Notes under the pieces: model-generated | The model's database searches: none | Seen by the model: the letters and a program-made list of their open reading frames with translations, nothing else | What the model was told of the DNA's origin: nothing | Source: Myxococcota bacterium | GTDB taxonomy: Bacteria > Myxococcota_A > UBA9160 > PR03 | Assembly: GCA_041611735.1 (NCBI GenBank) | Contig: JBFIML010000041.1 | Coordinates: 1 to 40,645 of the forward strand | Length of the DNA stretch: 40,645 nucleotides | Direction: 5' to 3' | Shown here: positions 16,563-26,094 of the stretch, in pieces | Position numbering within the stretch: the first letter of the stretch is position 1 | Layout: the number at the start of each line of letters is the position of its first letter | Position numbers and translations under genes: made by a program

Positions 16563-18290
16563 ATGAAGCGATTTCAGCGCGTACGTGGCCTCCTCGCGCT
16601 CCTGGTCCTGTTCGGCCTCGGGAGCGGCTGCGCGAGCCTGCGCTCCGAAGCGCCCGCTCCCCCCGCCGCTGGACCCGCCGCGGAGGAGGCCGCCGCGGCC
16701 CCTCCGGTCGAACCGGAGCCGCCGGCGGCCGTGCAGGAGGCGCTGCTTCCTCCCCTGGCCGTCGCGCCCGAGAGCGCCGGGGCGGCGCGGGAGCCGCGCT
16801 TCGACGTGGCGGTGAAGGATGCGCCGGCCCGCGAGTTCTTCATGGGGCTCGTGGCGGACACGCCCTACAGCATGGTGCTCGATCCCGCCGTGGAAGGGGG
16901 GATCTCCCTCACCCTGAAGAACGCCCGGGTACAGGACGTGATGGACGCCGTGCGCGACGTCTACGGCTACGAGTATCGCCGCACCGACTACGGCTTCCAC
17001 GTGCTCCCCCGCGGTCTCAAGTCGCGCATCTTCCACGTGGACTACCTGAACGTAGCCCGCCTCGGGGGCTCGCAGACGCGCGTGAGCTCCGGTCAGGTGA
17101 CCGAGGGGGAGCGTCGCCTGAGGCACCACGACAGCCTGGTGGAGACCGAGCCTCGCGACAGCTCCATCTCCGGCACGCGCATCGAGACACGCAGCGAGGT
17201 CGACTTCTGGCGCGAGCTGCGAAGGGCGGTCGGCACCATCGTCGGAAAGGGCGAAGGCCGCTCCGTGGTCGTCAGTCCCCACACGGGCATCCTGGTCGTG
17301 CGCGGCACGTCCGCGGAGCTGCGCGAGGTGGAGTTCTTCCTGGCCGCCGTCCGGGGTAGCCTGCAACGGCAGGTCGTCCTCGAGGCCAAGATCCTCGAGG
17401 TGGAGCTGAGCGACGGCTACCAGTCCGGCATCAACTGGGCCTACCTCGCCAACCCCGACGATCCCAAGGTGCTGCTGGGACAGACCGGGGGCGGCACGTC
17501 CCTGGCCGACGGCGTGTCGGAGATCGCCGGAAACACGGGGATCCTGGATCCGAGCATGGCCTCCCTGGTGGAGGGCACAGCCACCTCGGCCTTCGGCGGC
17601 GTGTTCACGGCGGCGGTCGAAGCCAACAACTTCACCGCCTTCATCGAGCTGCTGGAGACTCAGGGCAACGTCCACACGCTCTCGAGCCCGCGGGTGGCGG
17701 CGGTCAACAACCAGAAGGCGGTGATCAAGGTCGGAAGCGACGAGTTCTTCGTGACCGACGTCTCCACCACCACCGTCACCGGAGCTGCCACCACCACGTC
17801 GCCGGACATCACCCTCACGCCCTTCTTCTCCGGCATCGCCCTGGACGTGACGCCGCAGATCGGCGCCGACGGCGAGATCACCCTGCACATCCATCCCTCG
17901 ATCAGCGAGGTGAAGGACCAGCGCAAGGACATCTCCGTGGGAGTGGGAGACGACGCCCAGTTCACGCTTCCCCTGGCCCTGAGCACGATCCGTGAATCCG
18001 ACAGCGTGGTGCGCGCCCGCAGCGGGCAGATCGTCGTGATCGGGGGCCTCATGCAGCACGCGGAGCGCGACGACGTGGCGGGCCTTCCGATCCTCGGTCG
18101 CATCCCGCTGCTCGGACGCCTGTTCCGGCACGAGCGCAACAGTGTGCGCAAGGTGGAGCTCGTGATTCTGTTGCGCCCGACGGTGGTGAAGGACGGCACC
18201 TGGGAGAAGCAGCTCGACGCGGCGGCCGCCCGCATCCAGTCGCTGCGGCCGGGCTCCGAGCAGGCGCTCGGTCTCGGCTGGACCGACTGA
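16563..18290 (+). CDS. mshL: MSHA pilus secretin MshL (lipoprotein)
   Basis: Lipobox LGSGC; RFDVAVKDAPAREFFMGLV, QVVLEAKILEVELSDGYQSGINW, LSSPRV..NNQKAVIKVGSDEFFVT, TPFFSGIALDVTPQI, ELVILLRP. Confidence 0.95.
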   Translation: MKRFQRVRGLLALLVLFGLGSGCASLRSEAPAPPAAGPAAEEAAAAPPVEPEPPAAVQEALLPPLAVAPESAGAAREPRFDVAVKDAPAREFFMGLVADTPYSMVLDPAVEGGISLTLKNARVQDVMDAVRDVYGYEYRRTDYGFHVLPRGLKSRIFHVDYLNVARLGGSQTRVSSGQVTEGERRLRHHDSLVETEPRDSSISGTRIETRSEVDFWRELRRAVGTIVGKGEGRSVVVSPHTGILVVRGTSAELREVEFFLAAVRGSLQRQVVLEAKILEVELSDGYQSGINWAYLANPDDPKVLLGQTGGGTSLADGVSEIAGNTGILDPSMASLVEGTATSAFGGVFTAAVEANNFTAFIELLETQGNVHTLSSPRVAAVNNQKAVIKVGSDEFFVTDVSTTTVTGAATTTSPDITLTPFFSGIALDVTPQIGADGEITLHIHPSISEVKDQRKDISVGVGDDAQFTLPLALSTIRESDSVVRARSGQIVVIGGLMQHAERDDVAGLPILGRIPLLGRLFRHERNSVRKVELVILLRPTVVKDGTWEKQLDAAAARIQSLRPGSEQALGLGWTD

Positions 18291-18311
18291 GCGGGAAGCG
18301 CGGGCGGGGCC

Positions 18312-19172
18312 GTGTACCTGGAGCACTTCGGCATGCGGGAGCTTCCCTTCGGCCTGACCCCGAACACGCGCTTCTACGTCGATCTGCCCGGGCACCGGGA
18401 AGCCCTGAACGTGATCCTCGTGGCGTTGCGCAGCGGGGAGGGCTTCGTGCGCATCACGGGAGAGGTGGGCAGTGGCAAGACGCTCTTGTGCCGGCGCCTG
18501 CTCCGGGAGCTCGGCCCCGCCTTCGTGAGCGCCTACGTGCCGGATCCCTTTCTGTCTCCGTTGGGTCTGCGCAAGGCGCTGGCCGCGGAGCTCGGGATCC
18601 AGTTCCCCCACAACGTCGACTCGCATCGCCTGCTGAAACGGATCCGCGAGGTGCTGGTGGAGGCGCACGCTTCCGGGCGCAGCACGGTGCTCCTGGTGGA
18701 CGAGGCGCAGGCCTTGAGCCGCGAGAGCCTGGAGGGGCTTCGCCTGCTCACCAACCTGGAGACCGAGACGGCCAAGCTGCTCCAGGTGGTGCTGTTCGGG
18801 CAGCCGGAGCTCGAGGCGAGGCTCCGGGCGCACTCCCTGCGCCAGCTCGCCCAGCGCATCACCTTCGCCCATCGCCTGCCCCGCCTCGACCGGGAACGGA
18901 CCGTCGACTATGTGACGACCCGCCTGACCTCGGCGGGCCGCGCCGGCGGAGACCTCTTCAGCCGCGCGGCCCTCGGTGCGTTGCACCGGGCGAGCGGGGG
19001 CATCCCCCGGCGCATCAACGTGCTGGGACACAAGGCCCTGATGGCCGCCTACGGACGGGGCGACGCGCGCGTGCGCTGGCGTCACGTCCGCAGCGCCGTG
19101 GTGGATACGCCGACGGGCTCCCTGCGCCAGGGCCGGCGACCGGCCATCGGGCGGGAGGCCACGGCCCCGTGA
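18312..19172 (+). CDS. mshM: MSHA biogenesis AAA ATPase MshM (ExeA family)
   Basis: MYLEHFGMRELPFGLTPNT, Walker A GEVGSGKT, LLVDEAQ, LRLLTNLETE, GQPEL, GIPRRINVL. Confidence 0.92.
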   Translation: MYLEHFGMRELPFGLTPNTRFYVDLPGHREALNVILVALRSGEGFVRITGEVGSGKTLLCRRLLRELGPAFVSAYVPDPFLSPLGLRKALAAELGIQFPHNVDSHRLLKRIREVLVEAHASGRSTVLLVDEAQALSRESLEGLRLLTNLETETAKLLQVVLFGQPELEARLRAHSLRQLAQRITFAHRLPRLDRERTVDYVTTRLTSAGRAGGDLFSRAALGALHRASGGIPRRINVLGHKALMAAYGRGDARVRWRHVRSAVVDTPTGSLRQGRRPAIGREATAP

Positions 19173-20179
19173 GTCTCGTGAACGACATGCTCGAGAACCT
19201 GGCTCGCCGCCAGGCGCGCGACGCTGCCGCGGGGGCCCCGGTGCTGGCGGACCTGCGGCCGGTGCCGTCGCAGCGGGTCGCGCTGGCACTCCGGCGGGCC
19301 GCCCTGGCTCTCGCTCTGGTGGCGGCCGGGGCGCTACCCACCGGCCTGTGGGCCCAGCGACGGGGTGAGCCGGATCTCCCTCGCGACGTCGCCGCCGCGC
19401 CCGCCGCGCCGGCCGGGTTGGACGCGATCCCGGTGCCTGCAAGCCACGCAGCGTCGCTGCCGTCGCCGCCCGCGCCCCGGGCGCCGGAGCCCGAGGAGAG
19501 CGTCTGGCTCGACGCACGCCATGCGGCCACCCTCGATCTGCTGGGCGAGCCGCCGCCGGCTCCGGCCCCGTCCGTGAGCAAGACGCAGCGCCCGCCCACG
19601 GCAGCGGAGCAGGCCACGCGCGCCCACCGGGAGGCCCTGGCCGCCCTGGAGCGGGGCGAGGCCGAGACGGCATCCGACCTGCTGCAAGGCGCCCTGGCGC
19701 TGGATCCCTCCCACACGGCGGCCCGGCGCACCCTGGTCGTCCTGCGCACGCGCCAGGGGGCGCTGGCCGAGGCGCGCACCCTGGCCGAGGCGGGCCTGGC
19801 CCGCGACCCGCACCAGCCCGGGCTCGCGAAGCTCCTGGCCCGCGTGCTCGTCGAGCAGGGGGCGATCCCGGAAGCCCTCCAGCAGCTCGAGCGGAGCGCT
19901 CCGCCGGTGGCGAGCGATCCGGAGCATCACGCCTTCCGCGCCGCCCTGCACCAGCGTCTCGGCCAGCACGCGCGGGCGGCGCTTCTCTACCAGGAGGCGT
20001 TGCGCGTGGAGCGCGGCCACGGCGCCTGGTGGATGGGCCTTGGCATCTCCCTGGAGGCGGAAGGGCGGCGCGACGAGGCCCGGCGGGTCTACCGCATGGC
20101 CCGGGCCGCGGGCGGGCTCGCCGAGCCCGCGAGCCGCTGGGTGGTCGAGCGGCTCGACGCCCTGGAGGAGCCGTCGTGA
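19169..20179 (+). CDS. mshN: MSHA biogenesis TPR protein MshN
   Basis: GTGA overlap; MSLVNDMLENL N-terminus, TM helix, Pro-rich linker, TPR repeats with WWMGLGISLE. Confidence 0.85.
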   Translation: MSLVNDMLENLARRQARDAAAGAPVLADLRPVPSQRVALALRRAALALALVAAGALPTGLWAQRRGEPDLPRDVAAAPAAPAGLDAIPVPASHAASLPSPPAPRAPEPEESVWLDARHAATLDLLGEPPPAPAPSVSKTQRPPTAAEQATRAHREALAALERGEAETASDLLQGALALDPSHTAARRTLVVLRTRQGALAEARTLAEAGLARDPHQPGLAKLLARVLVEQGAIPEALQQLERSAPPVASDPEHHAFRAALHQRLGQHARAALLYQEALRVERGHGAWWMGLGISLEAEGRRDEARRVYRMARAAGGLAEPASRWVVERLDALEEPS

Positions 20180-21930
20180 GCCCGGCCGTGGCGAGGCGGG
20201 TCGGCCGCCGGAAGATCAAGATCGGGCGGCTGCTGGTGGACAACGGTCTGATTACCGAGGCACAGCTCGAGACGGCCCTCGCCGAGCAGAAGAAGCGCGG
20301 CCGCAAGCTCGGGCAGACGCTCGTCGACCTCGGCTACGTCACCGAGGACCGTCTGCTCGAGTTCCTGGCCGAGCAGCTCGGCATCCCCTTCGTGGACCTG
20401 CGCCACTACCACTTCTCGCCGGACGTGGCACACCAGCTTCCCGAAACCCACGCCCGCCGTTTCCGGGCCGTGATCCTGGAGGACACGGGCCTGGACTACG
20501 TGGTGGGGATGGTCGACCCCACCGACGTGTTCGCCGCGGACGAGCTGGCCCGCATCCTGCGGCGCCCCATCCGGCAGACGATCGTGCGCGAGTCGGATCT
20601 GCTCCGCACCATCGATCGGCTCTACCGGCGCACCGGCGAGATCAGCCACCTGGCCGAGGAGCTGCGCGAGGAGCTCTCCGCCAACGACTTCGATTTGGGC
20701 GACCTCCAGGTCGCCGAAGACGCCAGCGATGCTCCCGTCTTCAAGCTGCTCCACTCGGTCTTCGAGGACGCCGTCCAGGTGGCCGCGTCGGACATCCACA
20801 TCGAGCCCGGCGAGCACCAGCTCCGCATCCGCCAGCGTGTGGACGGGATGCTCCAGGAGCAGGTCATCCAGGGGGCGCGCATCGCCTCGGCCCTGGTGCT
20901 GCGGCTCAAGCTGATGTCCGGACTGGACATCGCCGAGAAGCGTCTGCCCCAGGACGGTCGCTTCCAGATCAAGGTGAAGGGGCACACGATCGACGTACGC
21001 CTCTCGACCATGCCGGTGCAGCACGGCGAGTCGGTCGTGATGCGGCTCCTCGATCAGTCCGGCGAGCACCTGAGCCTGGGCCAGATGGGCATGCCGGAGC
21101 GCATGCTCGAGCGCTTCCGAAGCCTGATCCGTCGTCCCCACGGCCTGGTGCTGGTCACCGGCCCGACCGGGAGCGGCAAGACCACCACCCTCTACGGCGC
21201 CCTGCGCGAGCTGAACTCGGCGGAGCAGAAGATCATCACCGTCGAAGACCCGGTGGAGTACCGGCTGCCCCGCATCAACCAGGTTCAGGTGCATCCGAAG
21301 ATCGGCTTGACCTTCGCCAGCGTGCTGCGCGCCGCCCTGCGCCAGGATCCGGACATCGTCATGGTCGGCGAGATGCGCGACCAGGAGACCGTGGAGATCG
21401 GGCTGCGCGCCGCCATGACCGGCCATCTGGTGCTCTCGACCCTGCACACGAACGACGCCATCACGAGCGCCCTGCGGCTGGTGGACATGGGGGCGGAGGG
21501 CTACCTGGCCGCCTCCGCCCTGCGGGCGGTCATGGCCCAGCGCCTGGTGCGTCGCATCTGCGAGAGCTGCCGCAGCCCCTACCAGCCCGACGCCCGCGAG
21601 CGGGTCTGGCTCACGGCCATGGCCGGCGCGGACACCGCCCACGGGGGCTTCCAGCACGGGCCCGGCTGCACGCAGTGCAACGGCACCGGCTACCGGGGCC
21701 GCCTGGGCGTGTTCGAGATGCTCGAGCTCGACGCTGCCACGGCGGACGCCCTGCGCCGCAGCGATGCGGGCGCCTACGCGCGAGCGGCCCGCGAGCGACC
21801 GGACTTCCGGCCGCTGGTGACGTGCGCCCTCGAGTATGCCCGCCGCGGGGTGACGAGCCTCGCCGAGGTCTTCCGGGTGGCGGAGAGCCTCGACGACGCG
21901 CCCCGGACCGGCGCCGCCGGCGACGCCTGA
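20176..21930 (+). CDS. mshE: MSHA pilus assembly ATPase MshE (GspE/PilB family) with MshEN domain
   Basis: ASDIHIEP, LDIAEKRLPQDGRF, GPTGSGKTTTLY, EDPVEY, LRQDPDIVMVGEMRD, TGHLVLSTLHTN, CxxC...CxxC; tandem MshEN-like motifs at the N-terminus. Confidence 0.95.
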   Translation: MSPAVARRVGRRKIKIGRLLVDNGLITEAQLETALAEQKKRGRKLGQTLVDLGYVTEDRLLEFLAEQLGIPFVDLRHYHFSPDVAHQLPETHARRFRAVILEDTGLDYVVGMVDPTDVFAADELARILRRPIRQTIVRESDLLRTIDRLYRRTGEISHLAEELREELSANDFDLGDLQVAEDASDAPVFKLLHSVFEDAVQVAASDIHIEPGEHQLRIRQRVDGMLQEQVIQGARIASALVLRLKLMSGLDIAEKRLPQDGRFQIKVKGHTIDVRLSTMPVQHGESVVMRLLDQSGEHLSLGQMGMPERMLERFRSLIRRPHGLVLVTGPTGSGKTTTLYGALRELNSAEQKIITVEDPVEYRLPRINQVQVHPKIGLTFASVLRAALRQDPDIVMVGEMRDQETVEIGLRAAMTGHLVLSTLHTNDAITSALRLVDMGAEGYLAASALRAVMAQRLVRRICESCRSPYQPDARERVWLTAMAGADTAHGGFQHGPGCTQCNGTGYRGRLGVFEMLELDAATADALRRSDAGAYARAARERPDFRPLVTCALEYARRGVTSLAEVFRVAESLDDAPRTGAAGDA

Positions 21931-21938
21931 GGCGGGCC

Positions 21939-23162
21939 ATGGCCGTCTACGCCTACCAGGCCCGCAACGCCCAGGGCGCGCTGCTGGAAGCCGAGATGGA
22001 CGCCTCCTCGGAGGCGGCGGTGGCCACGGCCCTGCTCGAGGGAGGCGTGACTCCGGTGCGCATCCGCCCCGCGACGGGTCGCGGGGTGGATCTCGGGCAG
22101 CGCCTGCGCAGCCTCACCGAATGGGTCGGGGTGGAGGACCTGATCGTCTTCTGCCGTCACATGCACCGGCTCATCCAGGCCGGAATTCCCATCGTCCGGG
22201 CCATGGGCGGGCTGGCGGACAGCACCCGCAATCCCGCCTTTGCCCGCACCCTGCGCGACCTGCGGGACACGCTCCAGTCCGGCCGCGAGCTGAGCGAGGC
22301 CCTGGCCCGGCATCCCCGCGTCTTCTCCAACCTGTTCGTGGCCGTGATCCAGGTCGGCGAGAACACGGGCCGCCTGGACGAGGCCTTCGCCCAGATCGGC
22401 AGCTACCTCGAACTCGACCGGGAGACGCGCAAGCGGATCCAGGCGGCGATGCGCTATCCGGCGCTGGTGCTGCTGGCCATCGCGGCCGCGCTCGTGCTGA
22501 TCAATCTCTTCGTGATCCCGGCCTTCTCGAAGACCTTCACCTCCCTGGGCGCCGAGCTGCCCTGGGCCACGCGGGTGCTGATCGGGACCTCCGACTTCGC
22601 CGTCCACCACTGGCACCACGTGCTGCTGGGGCTCGCCGCCGCGGCCCTCGGGGTGCGGGCCTGGCTGCGCACGCCCGAGGGGCGGCGGAGCTGGCACCGG
22701 GCCAAGCTCCGCCTCCCGATCGTCGGCAGCATCGTGGAGCGGGCCACCCTGGCTCGCTACGCGCGCTCCTTCGCCATGACCTTCACGGCCGGCGTTCCGG
22801 TGCTCCAGACCCTCCAAGTGGTGGCCCGCGCCGTGGACAACGACTGGGTGGCGGAGCGCATCCGCGCCCTTCAGACCAGCGTCGAGCGCGGCGAGACCCT
22901 GACCCGCGCGGCGTCGGCGTGCAATCTGTTCGACCCCCTCATGCTCCAGATGATGGCGGTCGGTGAGGAGTCCGGCTCGCTCGGCGAGATGCATCTGGAG
23001 ATCGCCGAGTCCTACGAGAGCGAGGTGGACTACGACCTCAAGCGGCTCAGCGACCACATCGAGCCGATCCTGATCGTGGGGATCGGTGGCGTGGTGCTGA
23101 TCCTGGCCCTCGGCGTCTACCTGCCCATGTGGGACCTGTCCACGGCCATGAGGCCGGGCTGA
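21939..23162 (+). CDS. mshG: MSHA inner-membrane platform protein MshG (GspF/PilC family)
   Basis: AGIPIVRA, HPRVFSNLF, VGENTGRLD, AMRYP, GAELPWATR, VGEESGSL, IEPILI, GVYLPMWDL. Confidence 0.93.
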   Translation: MAVYAYQARNAQGALLEAEMDASSEAAVATALLEGGVTPVRIRPATGRGVDLGQRLRSLTEWVGVEDLIVFCRHMHRLIQAGIPIVRAMGGLADSTRNPAFARTLRDLRDTLQSGRELSEALARHPRVFSNLFVAVIQVGENTGRLDEAFAQIGSYLELDRETRKRIQAAMRYPALVLLAIAAALVLINLFVIPAFSKTFTSLGAELPWATRVLIGTSDFAVHHWHHVLLGLAAAALGVRAWLRTPEGRRSWHRAKLRLPIVGSIVERATLARYARSFAMTFTAGVPVLQTLQVVARAVDNDWVAERIRALQTSVERGETLTRAASACNLFDPLMLQMMAVGEESGSLGEMHLEIAESYESEVDYDLKRLSDHIEPILIVGIGGVVLILALGVYLPMWDLSTAMRPG

Positions 23163-23713
23163 TGGGCCGGGGGCGCGGCTTCACGCTGCTCGAGCTGGTG
23201 GTGGTGATCGGCATCGTGGCGATCCTCGCCCTGCACCTGAACCGCTCCCTGCAGCTTCTCCAGGTGGACGCGGAGCGGGCCGCTGCCGAGCACGTGATCG
23301 GCGTCGTGCGCAGCGCCGTGGCCCTGGAGGTCGCCCACCGGCTCCTGGCCGGCGATGTCGAGGGGCTCCGGGTCTTTCCCGGGACCAACCCCATGGAACG
23401 ACTGGCCGAGATGCCCGGGAACTACCTGGGTGAGCTCGATGCCCCGGACCCGGCCGCCGTGGACGCGGGCCACTGGTACTTCGACCGCAGCCAGGGGCTG
23501 CTCGTCTACCGGGTGCGCCACGGGCGATTCGTGGAGACGCCCCTCCCCGGTCCCCCGCGGCTTCGGTTCAAGTATCGGCTGCTTCTTGCCGATTCCAACG
23601 CGGACGGAAGTCTCCCGTCCCACGGAAACGAGGTCCGGGGCCTCACCGTCACTGCGGTCGAACCCTACCGCTGGGTCGATCCCCGCGGAGCGAAGAAGGA
23701 CGAAAGATCATGA
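23162..23713 (+). CDS. Prepilin-like protein in the mshF position
   Basis: TGATG-coupled to mshG; class III signal G|FTLLE; NPM..L..MPGNYLGE...GHWYFD...LVY pattern. Confidence 0.75.
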   Translation: MGRGRGFTLLELVVVIGIVAILALHLNRSLQLLQVDAERAAAEHVIGVVRSAVALEVAHRLLAGDVEGLRVFPGTNPMERLAEMPGNYLGELDAPDPAAVDAGHWYFDRSQGLLVYRVRHGRFVETPLPGPPRLRFKYRLLLADSNADGSLPSHGNEVRGLTVTAVEPYRWVDPRGAKKDERS

Positions 23714-24168
23714 TTGACAAGACCCGATCCGGTTTCACGATCATCGAGCTCGTGGTGGTCATCGCCCTGCTGGGTCTCCTGGCAGCGGTGGCCCTGCCGA
23801 AGTTCGTGGATCTCACCAGCGAGGCTCGTACTGCGGCCCTGAGCGGCGTGCGGGGCGGCTTCACGGCCGGCGTCCAGCTCGCCCACGCCAAGTGGCTGGC
23901 GGGTGGCACCGGCACGGCCGGTCCCGTGACCCTGGAAGGGGGCACCACGGTGATCGTGAACGGCTCCGGCTGGCCGACGATCGACGGCGCCAACGCGGCC
24001 CAGGACACGGCCGCGGAGCTCTACGCGATCCTGATGCAGGAAGGCGTGCCGAACAACTGGACCTCGGCCCAGGCTGCGGCGGCCGGGGCCGGGACGGCCA
24101 CCTTCACGCTGCCGGGTGCGGGCGGCGGGTCGTTCACGTACGACGGCGCCAACGGCTCCGTCAACTAG
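23710..24168 (+). CDS. MSHA pilin of the MshA/MshB family, probable major pilin
   Basis: G|FTIIELVVVIALLGLLAAVALPKFVDLTSEARTAAL; 152 aa; purine-rich initiation region AAGAAGGACGAAAGATC-ATG. Confidence 0.85.
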   Translation: MIDKTRSGFTIIELVVVIALLGLLAAVALPKFVDLTSEARTAALSGVRGGFTAGVQLAHAKWLAGGTGTAGPVTLEGGTTVIVNGSGWPTIDGANAAQDTAAELYAILMQEGVPNNWTSAQAAAAGAGTATFTLPGAGGGSFTYDGANGSVN

Positions 24169-24203
24169 CTTCGTCCTTCGCTCCGCCGGGCGGCGCTTCA
24201 CCG

Positions 24204-24701
24204 ATGCGGCCGGCACGTGCCCGAACCCCGTCCCCCGTCCGGGGGACGGGGTTCACGCTCGTGGAGCTGGTGGCGGTGCTCGGGTTGCTCGGGATCCTCG
24301 CGGCCGTCAGCGGACCCCGCTTCTTCGCACGCAGCGGCTTCGACGAGCGGCTCTTCTTCGACGACGCCCGCGCGGCCGTTCGCCACGCCCACAAGCTGGC
24401 GGTGGCCACGGGCTGCCCGGTGCAGGTCACCATTGCGGCCAACAGCTACGGGCTCGCGCAGCGCTCGGCCTGCGATGCGGGGCCCTTCGCGCAGCCCGTC
24501 GTGCATCCGGGCACCGGGGCGGCGGGCTACACGAACACGGCGCCGTCCGGGATCTCGCTCGGCGCCGACGTCACGCCGTTCGTCTTCGACGCCCTGGGCC
24601 GCACCCGCGACGCCGGCGGAATCCCGACGAACGTCACCCTGACGGTCGGCGCGCGGACCTTCCGTGTGGCCGGGGAGACGGGCTTTGTCTCCTTCCCCTG
24701 A
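24204..24701 (+). CDS. mshC: MSHA minor pilin MshC
   Basis: G|FTLVELVAVLGLLGILAAVSGPRFF...AVRHAHKLAVATGC, FVFDALGR, VAGETGFV. Confidence 0.82.
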   Translation: MRPARARTPSPVRGTGFTLVELVAVLGLLGILAAVSGPRFFARSGFDERLFFDDARAAVRHAHKLAVATGCPVQVTIAANSYGLAQRSACDAGPFAQPVVHPGTGAAGYTNTAPSGISLGADVTPFVFDALGRTRDAGGIPTNVTLTVGARTFRVAGETGFVSFP

Positions 24702-25182
24702 ACCGCGAGGGCGGCGCGCCGCCGGTCTCACGCTCGTGGAGCTGGTGGTCACGGTGGTCGTGATCGGAATCGCCCTGCTCGGGTCGCTCCAGGCCCTGCG
24801 GGCCACCCTCGCGGGGAGCGCCGACCCGATGCTGCTGCACCAGGCCACGGCCGTGGCCGAGGGCTACCTGGAGGAGATCCTCCTCAAGGCCTTCTACGAC
24901 CCGGATCTCGGGGCTGGCGGCGGCGTGTGCCCGGTGCCCGAAGCGAGCCGCCCCCTCTACGACAACGTCTGCGACTACCAGGGGCTCGACGACGCGGGGC
25001 CGCGCGACCAGACCGGCGCTCCCATGGCGGGCCTCGGGGCCTATCGGGTGCGGGCGAGCGTCGCTTCCGCCGCCAGCCTGGGGGCGCTCACGGGGGCCGA
25101 CCGGGTGGTGCGGGTCGACGTCCGCGTCACCCACGTGAGCGCCGTCGACGTGACCCTGAGCGGCTACCGGACCGCCTACTGA
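24685..25182 (+). CDS. mshD: MSHA minor pilin MshD
   Basis: TTG at 24685 behind GGGGAG; G|LTLVE, SADPML..QA..VAEGYLEEILLKAF, YDNVCDYQGL, TLSGYRTAY. Confidence 0.85.
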   Translation: MSPSPEPRGRRAAGLTLVELVVTVVVIGIALLGSLQALRATLAGSADPMLLHQATAVAEGYLEEILLKAFYDPDLGAGGGVCPVPEASRPLYDNVCDYQGLDDAGPRDQTGAPMAGLGAYRVRASVASAASLGALTGADRVVRVDVRVTHVSAVDVTLSGYRTAY

Positions 25183-25185
25183 GCC

Positions 25186-26094
25186 ATGGAACACCGCACC
25201 GGGAGCCGCCGACGCGCCCTCCGAAGCCAGGCCGCCTTCAGCCTGGTGGAGCTCACGGTGGTGATCGCGCTCGGTGCGATCGTGGCCGGCATGGTGACCG
25301 GCTTCATCGCGCGACCCATGCAGGGCTACCGGGACGTGACCGTGCGCGCCACGCTGGTGGATGTGGCGGAGACCGCGCTGCGGCGCATGTCCCGGGACGT
25401 GCACGCCGCCCTTCCCAACAGCCTGCGCGTCTCGGTGGACGGGCGCAGCCTCGAGCTGCTGCACACCGTGGACGGCGCCCGCTACCGCCGCGGCCCGGGC
25501 GACGACGGCTCCGGCACCCCCCACGGGCTGCCCGAGGACCGGCTCGAGTTCGTCGCCGACGCCGAGTTCAACGTGCTGGGGCGCTTCGCCAACCTGGCCT
25601 TCAGCTACGGGACCCCGCTCCCGGCCGGCACGCGCCTCGCCGTGTACACCACGGGCGGCGCCGTGTGGACCGATGCGGCCACGAGCCCCGATCCGGCCAC
25701 CATCACACCGGCGGCGACCCGCATCACCATCACCGCCGACGGGGACGAGGACCACGTCACCCTGTCGGCGCCCCACCGCTTCCGCTTCGAGTCGCCTCGC
25801 CAGCGCCTCTCCGTGGTGGACGGCCCGGTCTCGTACCGCTGCGACCTCGCGGCCGGAACCCTGACCCGCTACTCCGGCTACGCCGCCGCCAGCGCCCAGC
25901 CCACGGACCCCGCCCTGCCTCCCCTGGACACCGCGGCGGCGGCGCGGGCGGCGGACCGCCTCTCCGACTGCCGCTTCACCTACGACCCGGGCACGCCCTC
26001 CCGGGCCGGCCTCGTCACGATCCGCCTGGAGGTCACCGAGGGCGACGAGCGGGTGCGCCTGCTCCACCAGGTGCACGTGGAGAACTCGCCGTGA
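25186..26094 (+). CDS. mshO: MSHA minor pilin MshO
   Basis: A|FSLVEL, LVDVAETALRRMSRDVHAALPNSLRV, PVSYRCD, CRFTY, ERVRLLHQVHVENSP. Confidence 0.9.
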   Translation: MEHRTGSRRRALRSQAAFSLVELTVVIALGAIVAGMVTGFIARPMQGYRDVTVRATLVDVAETALRRMSRDVHAALPNSLRVSVDGRSLELLHTVDGARYRRGPGDDGSGTPHGLPEDRLEFVADAEFNVLGRFANLAFSYGTPLPAGTRLAVYTTGGAVWTDAATSPDPATITPAATRITITADGDEDHVTLSAPHRFRFESPRQRLSVVDGPVSYRCDLAAGTLTRYSGYAAASAQPTDPALPPLDTAAAARAADRLSDCRFTYDPGTPSRAGLVTIRLEVTEGDERVRLLHQVHVENSP

